DNA from: an uncultured Candidatus Saccharibacteria bacterium
GTDB lineage: Bacteria > Patescibacteriota > Saccharimonadia > Saccharimonadales > Saccharimonadaceae
Direction: 5' to 3'
Assembly (NCBI GenBank): GCA_947304155.1
Contig: CAMZAD010000003.1
Location: 7,345 to 71,344, forward strand
DNA length: 64,000 nt
Shown here: in pieces, positions 26,627-36,753 of the stretch
How positions within the stretch are numbered: position 1 is the stretch's first letter
How the letters are laid out: every line of letters begins with the position of its first letter
The notes under the pieces: generated by a model
Told to the model about the DNA's origin: nothing
The model's database searches: none
Seen by the model: the letters and a program-made list of their open reading frames with translations, nothing else
Position numbers and translations under genes: made by a program

Positions 26627-27928
26627 TTATATCACGTTAAAGATTTGGCGAAGCCAGGCATCAGCTGGACCGGCGGTCATGAGAATTACTAGGTAATTGT
26701 CTTTTTGATATTTTAAGATTTGTTCTTTTAACTCGTCGTTTAGTTCTGCTGCTTCCCCAACTTCTTTATTTTCAAGCGTTTCAATAAATTCATTTGGGGA
26801 AATCACGCGTAGGGAAGAGTCTTCACGAGTAAGATAGGTTGGAAGCCAGAAAATTTTCGTCACTCCGGTGAAGGCGTTTTTATAGTCAGATATCACTTCG
26901 TGCTGTCTTGTGTTTTGATGTGGTTCATAAAGCACGACTACGCCAGCTTTATTCAATCTTTCGCATTCTTCCTTGGCAATTTCTACAGTTGCAGCAATTT
27001 CCTCTGGGTGATGGGCATAATCTGAATAGATTCCGTCTGCGATTTTCTCGAAACGACGACCAACACCTGGAAACTGGTTGATAATCTTAATAATTTCCTC
27101 GTCTTCTACTTCGCGACCTTCATGAGCACACATACGCTTTATAGCTTGAAATGCGGTGTTAGCATCTTCGCGGCGAGCGGCGCCAGCCAAGTTGATTCTT
27201 GGGTCAGTGCTGAGACAAACGTAAGTGTTAACTCCGTCTTCAGCAAGGTCGGCTGGGTTATAAGTTACGGCGTCCGCGTTTGCAAAAATCACATTTTTAC
27301 TCTTAATTTCAAATTCGCGAAAGGCATCTTTATATTCCTGTTCAGTTTTATAGATGTCTGGGTGATCGTATGAGACAAAAGTAATCAGAGAGAGCCATGG
27401 CGAGAAGTGAAGAAAGTTGTGGTCATACTCATCGGCTTCATAGATAAAGAATTCGTCACCTTCTTCATAGCTTCCAGATTTAGCGAAGCCAAGGGTGGTG
27501 CCAACAAGATAAGCGGCCTTAAGGCCAAGTTTCTTCGCAGTCCAAATAATCATGCTGGTGGTCGTGGTCTTGCCGTGAGTGCCGGCAACAGCAACTAGTT
27601 TTAAACCAAGTTGGTCAATCAAAAAGGCAATCAGTTCGTCGCGCTTTGAGGTTTTAATGCCAAGCTTTTTAGCGCGAAGTAACTCTGGGTGGTCACCTGG
27701 AAGGGCGGAAGTATAGACAAACCAATCAATCTTATTTTCGCCATTTTTGCGTTCAAAAAAGCTACCATCTTGGGTGCCAATTTCAAAATCAATGCCAGCG
27801 TTTTTTAGTTCATCAACAATTGGACCGGCGTTTTTATCGGAGCCAGTAACATTAAGCCCTGCATTTTTTGCCATCAGAGCAAGTGGCCCCATCCCAGTGC
27901 CAGATATACCAGAGATATAAATATTCAT
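26627..27928 (-). CDS. Mur ligase family enzyme (MurC / Mpl-like, UDP-N-acetylmuramate-adding)
   Basis: N-terminal Rossmann YISGISGTGMGPLALMAKNAGLNVTGSD, ATP-binding VAVAGTHGKTTTTSMI, and a central and C-terminal Mur ligase layout. I cannot separate MurC from Mpl by eye. Confidence 0.75.
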   Translation of the reverse strand: MNIYISGISGTGMGPLALMAKNAGLNVTGSDKNAGPIVDELKNAGIDFEIGTQDGSFFERKNGENKIDWFVYTSALPGDHPELLRAKKLGIKTSKRDELIAFLIDQLGLKLVAVAGTHGKTTTTSMIIWTAKKLGLKAAYLVGTTLGFAKSGSYEEGDEFFIYEADEYDHNFLHFSPWLSLITFVSYDHPDIYKTEQEYKDAFREFEIKSKNVIFANADAVTYNPADLAEDGVNTYVCLSTDPRINLAGAARREDANTAFQAIKRMCAHEGREVEDEEIIKIINQFPGVGRRFEKIADGIYSDYAHHPEEIAATVEIAKEECERLNKAGVVVLYEPHQNTRQHEVISDYKNAFTGVTKIFWLPTYLTREDSSLRVISPNEFIETLENKEVGEAAELNDELKEQILKYQKDNYLVILMTAGPADAWLRQIFNVI

Positions 27929-27941
27929 ATATCTATTATAG

Positions 27942-28898
27942 TTATTTTGCGAGAATTTTACAAACCAAGAGGGCCATCTCTAATCCGTCCGGAATTGGCT
28001 CACCAGGGAGAACGATGCCAGTTTCGTGGATTTTTACTAGTTCAGATTCTTCTGGAAGGCCAAGATATGAGCGAATAAAGTCGACGATTTCTGGCTTTTT
28101 GATTTCGTTGCCGTTTGGCGCGAACAGAGAAGCATCCTTCCCGTTTTTCCCTAGCTCAATTTCGAGAGTTTGGTTCTCGTCAACAATTCTTACATTTAAG
28201 CGGTCGCAGACTGCTTTTAATAATTCGGTTGCTTCACCATTTTTAAGCTTCAAAGCAACTCTTGAGAAATCAGTCTCTACGCGAGTGTCTTTTGAATTTG
28301 AGATTGGTCCAACTTTCTTCAAATAGTTTTCAACGTGATCAACATAACGGGCAACAGCTTCGTCATGCAAATCCTCATTCAGTTCAGTCGTGGCAGTTTC
28401 AAATCCAGTCTCGGTATTTAGTGCGTGTTCAATTACGTTCACGCCAGCCTGAGTAAGTGGGGTGCCATAGGGAAGACTGCGAGCTTTACCCTCGTAATTC
28501 ACACCGCCAGGCATACTTGCTTCAAGTCCACCAATCTCCTCGCCGCATTCAAAGATTTCAATTTTAATTTCATCATCTTCAAAATAAATTGCGATGCCGG
28601 CATCATATTTAAGCTCAAAGAAAGCCACATTTAAAGCTGGGACTGACAGAGAACCAGCGTCACCATGTTCAACTCCGACTGTTTCCAAAGCTTCCTCAAA
28701 GAAGCGAAGTTTTTCTTCGGCTTCTTCGGTGCCATCATGACAAAGTAAAACACGGAGTGGACGTTCGGCACCAGATTCAGACTCGCGCGCGTTACCCATG
28801 TATCTTAAGAATCCCATTGTAAGAGCCTGAACGAAACCTGGCGTGATGGCGTCTACCGGTTGACTGATAATTCCATCTTTAAAAAACTGAGTGGCCAT
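27942..28898 (-). CDS. Truncated phosphohexomutase (GlmM/PGM)-like protein lacking the catalytic Ser loop (tentative)
   Basis: The N-terminus is collinear with GlmM (FFKDGIIS ~ FGTDGVRG; AITPGFVQAL; RVLLCHDGT ~ VLVGRDTR), but the TASHNP loop position reads IAIYFEDDEIKI. Only 318 aa. Confidence 0.35.
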   Translation of the reverse strand: MATQFFKDGIISQPVDAITPGFVQALTMGFLRYMGNARESESGAERPLRVLLCHDGTEEAEEKLRFFEEALETVGVEHGDAGSLSVPALNVAFFELKYDAGIAIYFEDDEIKIEIFECGEEIGGLEASMPGGVNYEGKARSLPYGTPLTQAGVNVIEHALNTETGFETATTELNEDLHDEAVARYVDHVENYLKKVGPISNSKDTRVETDFSRVALKLKNGEATELLKAVCDRLNVRIVDENQTLEIELGKNGKDASLFAPNGNEIKKPEIVDFIRSYLGLPEESELVKIHETGIVLPGEPIPDGLEMALLVCKILAK

Positions 28899-29764
28899 TA
28901 TTTCTCCTTCTTTGCGAGTACCAAGATAATTTCAGTATCAATTACAGCGAGCACATCCTCTTTAGTACTACCACGAGAAAGATCTGAAACTGGAGCGTTA
29001 AAACCTTGGAGAATTGGACCAGCAGCGGTGTATCCACCAAAACGCTCGATGGCTTTATAAAGGATGTTTCCAGCATTCAAATCTGGTGCAATCAAGACAT
29101 TGGCGCGTCCTGCTACCCTTGAACCAGGAGCCTTTTTATTGCCAATCGCCTCGTCAATTGCAGCATCAAGCTGAAGCTCGCCGTCAATTGCAATCTCTGG
29201 GAAATTAGTGTTCACCTTATGAATGACAGACTTAATGCGATTGATGCTTTCGTCATTGCCACCAGAGCCGAGAGTAGAGAACGACAGCATTGCGATTCTT
29301 GGCTCGGTATTTTCAAGGCTGATTTTTCCCTCTTTATTTCTTGCAGCAAAAACGTCTTTAGCGGTTTCATAAGTTTGAATCACGATGTCATAAAGCATGT
29401 GCGCGTCTGGATTTTTACAAGCAGCGGCGTCGCCTAAAACATAAATGCTGTCGCCCTTAGTTAAGATAAAGCTGGCAGAAAAAGTCTTCTTCAAAGGTCT
29501 GGCAGTTTGTTCGTCATATTCAATAATGTCAGCATTTTTAACGCCGATGATGTCGCGACAGGAAATAATTACATCTTTAGATGGACATTCAATCCCGGCC
29601 ACCATCGCGTCGGCTTCATGATTTTTCACTTTTTCACAAGCTTGCTCAATAGTGTCTGCAAAAACTGGGACAAATCTGTCACCATATTTTTGGACCGCTT
29701 CGTCGATTGCGGCTTTTACAATCTCATTTTTGTATTCTGGAAATACGATTTTTACTGCTACCAT
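28898..29764 (-). CDS. pta: Phosphate acetyl/butyryl-transferase (PTA_PTB family)
   Basis: AMVAGIECPSKDVI, LSFSTLGSGG, IDGELQLDAAI and ANVLIAPDLNAGNILYKAIERF...GPILQGFNAPVSDLSRG motifs. Start at MVAVKIVFPE (29764) lies 7 nt after TGgTATAAT. The ORF-track start is 29854. Confidence 0.8.
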   Translation of the reverse strand: MVAVKIVFPEYKNEIVKAAIDEAVQKYGDRFVPVFADTIEQACEKVKNHEADAMVAGIECPSKDVIISCRDIIGVKNADIIEYDEQTARPLKKTFSASFILTKGDSIYVLGDAAACKNPDAHMLYDIVIQTYETAKDVFAARNKEGKISLENTEPRIAMLSFSTLGSGGNDESINRIKSVIHKVNTNFPEIAIDGELQLDAAIDEAIGNKKAPGSRVAGRANVLIAPDLNAGNILYKAIERFGGYTAAGPILQGFNAPVSDLSRGSTKEDVLAVIDTEIILVLAKKEK

Positions 29765-31187
29765 ACAGTAAATTATACCATATAACAGGTAAGAGATAGA
29801 TATGAAGGGCGTTTGGAAGCCCAGAGAAAAAGAGGAGAGTAAAGGCGTAGGCAATCACGAGAGTGAGCGTAAAGAATTCAAATTTGATTTTTTGGAATTT
29901 AATAAGTGCACAGGTCGAGACTGTTGCAAGCAACACGCCGACAATGCCGGTTTCAAGCAAAAGCTCAAGATACTGGTTTTGAACAATTTCTTTGGCGGTG
30001 CCTTGGGTTGGATATTTCTTCAGTATCTCTGTTCCGGCGCTGCCGAGACCGGTGCCAACAAAGATATTTTCCGGCTCATCATTCCAGATATCAAGCGCCA
30101 TTTTCGAAAGTTCAAGTCTGCGGTTGGTTGACTCTGCGATATATCCGTCAAAGAGAATATCATCTGAAGTGTCTTGGTCGGAGACCTCTGAGTTGGCGCT
30201 GCCGAGATTATCAACCTCAGTACTAAAACCAGCATCAACTGGTGGCTCCGAAATAGTTTCACTATTAGCCGTGTCTATGTTTTTATTATCTCTAATGTCG
30301 ATCTTGCCAAGCGAGAGTTGATGAATAACCTTTGCGACGCCGTCATAATAAGTTTCATTTGTTGGACTCAGCGCCGTGAAAAGACCTTGCATATTCAAGG
30401 TAAAGACAAAGGCAAAAACAGAGGTAAATGCTAGCTTTAGAATATATCTTTTATCTTTGAAGAATCTGATAATTATAATAGCTATCATAATCAAGAAGGC
30501 AAAGATGGCGCCGCGAGAAAGCGTGAGAAATAGGGTGGAGATAATAATAAATAGTGCCGTGATACTGTGTATTTGACTTTTCTTTGAATTATTATATAAC
30601 AGGGAATTACAGAGTAGAACTATTGGCGCAAGGAGTAGGCTACCCATAAATTGCGGTTCAATAGTAAAGCCGTTTGGATGCGGGAAGCCGAGTGTAGTGT
30701 AAGTACAGCCTGAGCAAAGTTGGGTTACTTCGCGGCCAACGCCAAACACATCTAAGATACATTGAATCCAGCAGAGAACAGAGAAGGTTACGGCCGTGAT
30801 TAGTGTTATTTTGACAAATTTATTTTTTGTTTTCTTATTTGTCATGTTTTTCGATATTGTCAACAGTGCCAGGGTTAGGCACCAAATTATGCCGGCAGTT
30901 AAGATTCCGCGGAGCTGATTACTTGACCAGAGAACTGAAAGCGTAGCAAAAACCGGGAAGGAAATCACTCCTATAAGGAGACTGAATTTAGGTTTTTTGA
31001 GGGAACTTCTTATTATATTATATATATCAGGGAAAGAGAGAATAACGAAGGCAACTAGCCAGAGAAGCGGCAGTGAGAGCTCAAAATACATTGAGTCGTT
31101 TTGACCAAGGAAAATTATTGGAAAATACGAGCAACAGAGAACTACTGGCAGTGCGTAAATTAGGATATTTAGTATTTTAGAGCGCAT
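29724..31187 (-). CDS. O-antigen ligase / polymerase-like (Wzy_C domain) polytopic membrane protein
   Basis: Many TMs with the characteristic FLTLSRGAIFAFLIMI segment and a large external loop. Confidence 0.65.
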   Translation of the reverse strand: MRSKILNILIYALPVVLCCSYFPIIFLGQNDSMYFELSLPLLWLVAFVILSFPDIYNIIRSSLKKPKFSLLIGVISFPVFATLSVLWSSNQLRGILTAGIIWCLTLALLTISKNMTNKKTKNKFVKITLITAVTFSVLCWIQCILDVFGVGREVTQLCSGCTYTTLGFPHPNGFTIEPQFMGSLLLAPIVLLCNSLLYNNSKKSQIHSITALFIIISTLFLTLSRGAIFAFLIMIAIIIIRFFKDKRYILKLAFTSVFAFVFTLNMQGLFTALSPTNETYYDGVAKVIHQLSLGKIDIRDNKNIDTANSETISEPPVDAGFSTEVDNLGSANSEVSDQDTSDDILFDGYIAESTNRRLELSKMALDIWNDEPENIFVGTGLGSAGTEILKKYPTQGTAKEIVQNQYLELLLETGIVGVLLATVSTCALIKFQKIKFEFFTLTLVIAYAFTLLFFSGLPNALHIYLLPVIWYNLLYGSSKNRISRIQK

Positions 31188-32385
31188 TGATTTCCTCCTT
31201 TATTTTTTTATTAAATTTATCAGCAGAGAATCGCTGGGCCGACCTCTTTATCGTGGCTTTTCTGAAGCGTTTTTTCTCAAATTTTTTCAAAGCAAGACAA
31301 AGGGAATTGACGGTCTGAGAGCTAAAGAATATGCCATTTTTTTCAGGCTTAATATAATCCATCGCGCCGCCTTTTTTATAGGCAATCACCGGACAACCAA
31401 CCGACATCGCCTCAACTGGGGCAATTCCAAAAGGCTCTTCTGATGTAAAAATAAAACCTTTGGCCTTAGAGGCAATTACAGCGAGAGTCTCCTGATCTTG
31501 TGGTTTTAGGAACGTAATAAAAGGAGAATCATGCGCGAGTTTTTTTAACTTTTTATTTTCTGGGCCTTCACCAATTAAAACTAAATGTTTTTTTAACTTT
31601 ATGCAGGCCAGTACAGCAAGGTCGAGGCGCTTCCAGTTGACTTGGCGGGAGTAGTTGAGATAGAAATGCTTTGGCAAGTTTTCCACAAGTTGAAAAACTG
31701 TGCAAAACTTTTGTTCGGAATTCGCCGCTTGACTTTCTTGCATTTTTATTGTTTTATTATGTGATTTATTTGTTTGACATTTCCCTTTTTCTATTTTATA
31801 GTTATCCACAGCCTGCGAGAAAGTATCCACATTAACAGGGGGATTTATTACTTTTGCTTCCCTCTTATAATATCTTTTAATTTGCCTTTTGGCATACTCA
31901 CTAATTGTAATAATTTCAGTTGGATTTTTTGCTGCAGCAAAATCTTTTTTACGTAAAGTCGGCGTAAGTAGCTTAAAAACTGGCCTAATTAACGGGTTTA
32001 GAACCCCGAAGCCCGGATTTTTAAGATATTCATCATATTTACCCCAGTAATACTGGGTTGGAACGTGGCAATAACAGAGGTGGACGCCGGTAGTTTTGAT
32101 GAATTTGGCGTCACAACCAGTGACAGAAATCACCAAATCATAACCCGACAAATCAAGCTTCTTAAAATACCTCTGGCGAAGCGGAACGATGAGGCGGCGA
32201 GACGAGGCTGGGAGGAAGTTAAACCAGCTCGTTCTAACATCAGCGTCTTTAAAGCACTTAATTCTCTGCTCTTTATACTGACTAGTATAGATTGGAGCGT
32301 CTGGAAAAAGTTTATGAAAGGCCAAGAAGACCTGCTCGGCGCCACCAAATTCAGTTAGCCAATCAAAAACTAGAGCAACTTTCAT
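31177..32385 (-). CDS. Glycosyltransferase, GT4 (GT-B fold) family
   Basis: MKVALVFDWLTEFGGAEQV N-terminus and EEPFGIAPVEAMSVGCPVIAYKKGGAMDYI (E-x7-E region). Confidence 0.75.
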   Translation of the reverse strand: MKVALVFDWLTEFGGAEQVFLAFHKLFPDAPIYTSQYKEQRIKCFKDADVRTSWFNFLPASSRRLIVPLRQRYFKKLDLSGYDLVISVTGCDAKFIKTTGVHLCYCHVPTQYYWGKYDEYLKNPGFGVLNPLIRPVFKLLTPTLRKKDFAAAKNPTEIITISEYAKRQIKRYYKREAKVINPPVNVDTFSQAVDNYKIEKGKCQTNKSHNKTIKMQESQAANSEQKFCTVFQLVENLPKHFYLNYSRQVNWKRLDLAVLACIKLKKHLVLIGEGPENKKLKKLAHDSPFITFLKPQDQETLAVIASKAKGFIFTSEEPFGIAPVEAMSVGCPVIAYKKGGAMDYIKPEKNGIFFSSQTVNSLCLALKKFEKKRFRKATIKRSAQRFSADKFNKKIKEEINAL

Positions 32386-33806
32386 CTGGCGCCTTTCCCT
32401 GTTAAGACAACCTTAATAGTTCGAATTAGGATTTGGAGGTCAAAGCGGATTGACCAGTTTTTAACGTAGTAAATGTCAAGCGCGCGACGTTCCTCAAAGC
32501 TGATGTCGCGACGGCCAGAAACCTGGGCGAGGCCAGTAAGGCCAGATTTAACGCTTAGAAGCAACGAGCGGTCGCCGTAGTTTTTAAGTTCACCTGGAAT
32601 TAGAGCTCTTGGACCGACGAGCGAAATGTCACCTTTTAGAACGTTAAATAGCTGCGGAAGTTCATCAAGTGAAGTTTTTCTAAGGAAGTTGCCAAAACCC
32701 GTGATACGTGGATCATCCGACAAGAAATCACCATTTAGGCGATATTTTTTGATATACTCTTTAGCATTCTTAATTATTCCTTGTTTTTGCATCAGGCGGA
32801 AGGCCTGCTCTGGTGTCATATCACAGTATTCCTTCTTCATTGAGCGGAACTTATAAATTTTGACTTTCTGATTATAGCGACTGAGGCGAACTTGGGTGTA
32901 GAACGCAGGCATTTTTGGATAGGCGAGTTTTTGAATTAAGAAAATAACCGCCATTGGAATTAGTGCCAAAATAAAGAGGACGCTACCAAGAAGAAGGTCG
33001 GTAGTGCGTTTAATAAACTTCGCGCCACCCATTAAAGGCGTAGCTTTAACAAGGATGGTTGGCGTGTTAGCAAGAAGCTCAAGTTCTCCCATGTGTTGAG
33101 AGAGCTCGGTTTCGGTTGGTACAAAATAATATCTTAAGTGACGTTCAACCGCCTGTCGATAAACATATTCGGTCTTCTCATTGTCAGTCTGAAAAATCAC
33201 ATCGGCATTGGTTTTTGAGAGTGCAGTTTTAAGAGATGAGAAACGCAAATCGCGGAACTTTTTTGGAATAAATTTGGTTTTTGAAACGATACCAACGATA
33301 CGATAGCCCTCTTCCGGAGAGCTGACGATGTTTTCAATTAGGTGTGTTGTGCTGATATTATCTCCAATAATAACTGCACGAGAAAGACCAATCTTTTTAT
33401 ATAGAATAAATTTTCGGACCTTCTTTATGATAACGCGAATCAAAACTAGCAATACAAAACACGTAATCGCAGCATAGATTGCAATTGGGCGCACTGGAAA
33501 AAGATTACCATTAATAAAGAAGTCGACCGTAATAATTGACATGACGCCAATCACGGATGCCGCCGCTAGCCTCGTAAACTCCTGAATATGTGAGCGACTC
33601 AGAATAATATTGTGGCTATAAAGCCCGAGCGCCATCAGAATAAAAATCCAAATCGGAAGCAAGAAAATTGCAATTACAAAAAGTTCTGACGGGTTTACAA
33701 CGAAGTAATATGGCCTGGAATCGATGTGAATGCGAATATAGAACGCAAAAAGAAATGAGGCGACGATTGCGATAATGTCACCAATTATCAACGCCACCCG
33801 AAACAC
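32382..33806 (-). CDS. Polyprenyl-phosphate hexose-1-phosphate transferase (bacterial sugar transferase, WbaP/WcaJ-like initiating enzyme)
   Basis: N-terminal TMs, a central domain, and a C-terminal KFRSM...DELPQLFNVLKGDISLVGPRA...GLTGLAQV motif set. GTG start. Confidence 0.85.
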   Translation of the reverse strand: MFRVALIIGDIIAIVASFLFAFYIRIHIDSRPYYFVVNPSELFVIAIFLLPIWIFILMALGLYSHNIILSRSHIQEFTRLAAASVIGVMSIITVDFFINGNLFPVRPIAIYAAITCFVLLVLIRVIIKKVRKFILYKKIGLSRAVIIGDNISTTHLIENIVSSPEEGYRIVGIVSKTKFIPKKFRDLRFSSLKTALSKTNADVIFQTDNEKTEYVYRQAVERHLRYYFVPTETELSQHMGELELLANTPTILVKATPLMGGAKFIKRTTDLLLGSVLFILALIPMAVIFLIQKLAYPKMPAFYTQVRLSRYNQKVKIYKFRSMKKEYCDMTPEQAFRLMQKQGIIKNAKEYIKKYRLNGDFLSDDPRITGFGNFLRKTSLDELPQLFNVLKGDISLVGPRALIPGELKNYGDRSLLLSVKSGLTGLAQVSGRRDISFEERRALDIYYVKNWSIRFDLQILIRTIKVVLTGKGAR

Positions 33807-33884
33807 TAGTCCTGTCTCTTTCTTGATACTGACCTCCTGTGTGTAATTTTATTATATCACAGAGAGACAACAGAGGACGATTTA

Positions 33885-33893
33885 TGTTATAAT
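33885..33893 (+). promoter_or_regulatory. Extended -10 box of glf (leaderless layout)
   Basis: TGtTATAAT at 33885-33893. ATG 33900 is 6 nt downstream with no SD. Confidence 0.5.
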
Positions 33894-33899
33894 GGCCTT

Positions 33900-35066
33900 A
33901 TGAATATTGAAGGTTATGACTTAATTGTGGTAGGTGCCGGTTTTTATGGTGCGACCGTAGCCGAAAGAATGGCTAAAAAAGGTAAAAAGGTTTTAGTAAT
34001 TGATCGTCGCGAACACGTGGCTGGCAACGCCTATTCGTATCGCGATGAGAAGACCGGGATTGATATCCATAAATATGGTTCTCACATTTTCCATACTGAA
34101 GATGATGAGGTCTGGGAATATATTACTCAGTTCACAGATTTTAATGACTATGTTCACACAGTTCCAACTCGCCACGATGGCAAACTCTACCCAATGCCAA
34201 TCAACCTTGATACGATCAACTTGCTTTATGGGACCAACATGGATGCCGAGGAAGCCGAGAAATTCGTAGCTGAGGAAGCGAAGAAAGCTGGAATAACAAA
34301 TCCAAAGAACTTTGAGGAAAAAGGTATTTCCCTGGTTGGCGAAAAACTCTATACAACCTTCATTAAGAATTATTCTGAAAAACAATGGAGTACTTCCGCA
34401 ACTAATCTTTCTGCAGATATTTTGTCGCGTATCCCAGTGCGTTATTCTCATGACGACCGCTACTTCATGACCGCTAAACATCAAGGTATTCCTGTAAATG
34501 GTTACGGCGCAATCGTTGATAAAATGCTTGATAACGAGAATATTACTTTAAGGCTCTCAACTGCTTTTTCAACAATTATTGATGAGATTCCAGAAAACAT
34601 TCCTGTAGTTTATTGTGGTCAGGTTGATGAACTCTTAGATTATGAGCTTGGCGTCTTGCCATATCGTAGCTTAAAATTCGAAGCTGAATGGGTTGATGAG
34701 AATTCAGACGATGCTTCAGCTAAAGACTCTAAACTCGGTCACGCCGTGATTAACGAGGCTGATGCTGACGTTGCTTACACTCGCACACATTTCTATAAGT
34801 ACTACCAAATTCACGAGCCAGAAGTACTTAAACAACCAAAGTCTTATGTAGTACGTGAATATCCAGCAGATTTTGTGCGCGGCGGCGAAGCCTACTACCC
34901 AATCAACAACGAACAAAACGAAGAGTTATATGCAAAATATGTTGAGCTCTTGCACGAACGTTATCCAAACATTATGCTCGGCGGCAGGCTTGGTGCTTAT
35001 CGCTACTGGGATATGGACAAGGCTATCAAGAACGCGCTTGATTTTGTAAAAACACTCGAGGTGTAA
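33900..35066 (+). CDS. glf: UDP-galactopyranose mutase
   Basis: YDLIVVGAGFYGATVAERMAKKGKKVLVIDRREHVAGNAYS...KYGSHIFHT and ...GGRLGAYRYWDMD are characteristic of Glf. Confidence 0.9.
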   Translation: MNIEGYDLIVVGAGFYGATVAERMAKKGKKVLVIDRREHVAGNAYSYRDEKTGIDIHKYGSHIFHTEDDEVWEYITQFTDFNDYVHTVPTRHDGKLYPMPINLDTINLLYGTNMDAEEAEKFVAEEAKKAGITNPKNFEEKGISLVGEKLYTTFIKNYSEKQWSTSATNLSADILSRIPVRYSHDDRYFMTAKHQGIPVNGYGAIVDKMLDNENITLRLSTAFSTIIDEIPENIPVVYCGQVDELLDYELGVLPYRSLKFEAEWVDENSDDASAKDSKLGHAVINEADADVAYTRTHFYKYYQIHEPEVLKQPKSYVVREYPADFVRGGEAYYPINNEQNEELYAKYVELLHERYPNIMLGGRLGAYRYWDMDKAIKNALDFVKTLEV

Positions 35067-35068
35067 TT

Positions 35069-36019
35069 TTGTCAAAAAAAGAGGCTACTTTAGTTTCGAT
35101 TATTGTTCCAGTTTTTAATCTCGAACATGAAATTTCGAAGTGCCTCTTTTCTATTTTGTTTCAAAAATACCAGAACTATGAAGTGATTGTGATTGATGAC
35201 GGCTCGACCGATAATTCCCTTTCGATTTGTAAGAATTTTTCAAAAAAGGATTCTAGAATTAAAGTCTTTCATCAAAATAATCTTGGACTTTCTGCTGCGA
35301 GAAATACTGGAATTAAAAAGACAAGCGGCGATTTGATTGCTTTTATTGATGGCGATGATAATGTTGACCCAACTTTTATTAGTAGATTAGTTGAAGCATT
35401 AAAGAAGAGCCGTGCAGATATTGCAGTTTGCGGATACAGCGAATTTCATGGTAATAAATTCAAAAGCTTCGCTCCTAAAAGCAAAGTTACATCTGGGAAA
35501 GAAGCACTTTTTTCTCTTCTAACTCGGCAAGAAAATTTGGATATTTTAGCTTGGAATAAGATTTACAAAAAATCGTTGTTTGATAATATTTCTTTTCCGG
35601 CTGGCAAAAATCACGAAGATAATTTAACGACTTATAAACTCTATGCGAACGCAAAAAAAGTCGCTTATTTAAATGAGCCACTGTACAATTACATTCGCCA
35701 CAAAAACTCAATCACAAAAAAGGAGAAAGTTTTAGACCTTCTAAATAGCAAGCTTGATGCGGTTCGTGAACAAAAGACATTCTTTGAGGAGGATGATGAG
35801 ATACTTAAAAAAGTTAAGTTCGCAGAACTTTTGGCATGGTTCCAATTTGTTGATTATGCACTAATTGGAAAGATTTCAAAAAAATATTACGAAACTTATC
35901 GCAAAAATATTTTAAATGAGAAGTTTGAATTTATAGATTTTAAGAGACGAGGTTATCGGATTTTACTTCGTCTTGGTGATGGATTTTTATATAAGTTTTA
36001 TCGCAAGATTATTCATTAA
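35069..36019 (+). CDS. Glycosyltransferase family 2
   Basis: VSIIVPVFN...VIVIDDGSTDNS...AFIDGDD (DxD) motifs. TTG start 2 nt after the glf stop. Confidence 0.8.
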   Translation: MSKKEATLVSIIVPVFNLEHEISKCLFSILFQKYQNYEVIVIDDGSTDNSLSICKNFSKKDSRIKVFHQNNLGLSAARNTGIKKTSGDLIAFIDGDDNVDPTFISRLVEALKKSRADIAVCGYSEFHGNKFKSFAPKSKVTSGKEALFSLLTRQENLDILAWNKIYKKSLFDNISFPAGKNHEDNLTTYKLYANAKKVAYLNEPLYNYIRHKNSITKKEKVLDLLNSKLDAVREQKTFFEEDDEILKKVKFAELLAWFQFVDYALIGKISKKYYETYRKNILNEKFEFIDFKRRGYRILLRLGDGFLYKFYRKIIH

Positions 36020-36752
36020 ATAATTTAAAATATGCATCCGCAACTTTACTTGGTTTATCATCTTTAACTATTTTACCGTTTTCAATTAGAATTGCACGGT
36101 CACAAAAACGACGCACATTCTCCATATCGTGTGTAACTAGGATGATCGTTTGTTTCCCTTTTAGGTCTTCAAAATATTTATTACATTTCTCTTGGAAGGC
36201 AGCGTCACCAACCGCCAAAACTTCATCAAGAATTAGAATGTCACCGCGAGCACGAATCGCAATTGAAAAAGCGAGGCGAACTTGCATGCCACTCGAATAA
36301 TTTTTAAGTTTTTGATGCATGAATGGAGCGAGTTCAGCGAAATCAACAATTTCATCATACATCTCGTCCATTTCTTTATTTGAGAATCCAAGCAAGGCAC
36401 CATTCAAATAAACATTTTCTCGCCCAGTTAATTCTGGATTAAAGCCAACTCCAAGTTCAATAAACGGAACAATTGTGCCATTTATTTTGATATTACCAGA
36501 ATCTGGAACATAGATTTTTGAAAGCGTTTTTAGAAGCGTAGATTTACCAGAACCATTACGACCAACAATACCGAGAAATTCACCTTTTTTAACTTTGAAG
36601 CTAATACTCTTCAAGACTTCCTGCTTTTGATATCCTTTGATTCCGCGAAGCCTACAGAAAATCGCCTGTTTTAATCCCCAGGATTTTTCGGTTGGGAGTT
36701 TAAATGATTTATTTAGATTTTTTACAACTACTGAATATTTTGCGTTTGCCAT
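36009..36752 (-). CDS. Polysaccharide/teichoic-acid ABC exporter, ATP-binding subunit (Wzt/TagH-like)
   Basis: Walker A GIVGRNGSGKSTLLK, signature YSSGMQVRLAF, Walker B ILILDEVLAVGD. Start at MANAKYS (GGAGGAAA SD). The ORF-track start is 36812. Confidence 0.85.
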   Translation of the reverse strand: MANAKYSVVVKNLNKSFKLPTEKSWGLKQAIFCRLRGIKGYQKQEVLKSISFKVKKGEFLGIVGRNGSGKSTLLKTLSKIYVPDSGNIKINGTIVPFIELGVGFNPELTGRENVYLNGALLGFSNKEMDEMYDEIVDFAELAPFMHQKLKNYSSGMQVRLAFSIAIRARGDILILDEVLAVGDAAFQEKCNKYFEDLKGKQTIILVTHDMENVRRFCDRAILIENGKIVKDDKPSKVADAYFKLFNE

Positions 36753-36753
36753 T

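Noticed and set aside
29802-30321. Three overlapping ~106-109-aa plus-strand ORFs
   Set aside because: All lie antisense to the Wzy_C/O-antigen-ligase-like CDS, whose TM-rich frame is coherent. They have no start signals.
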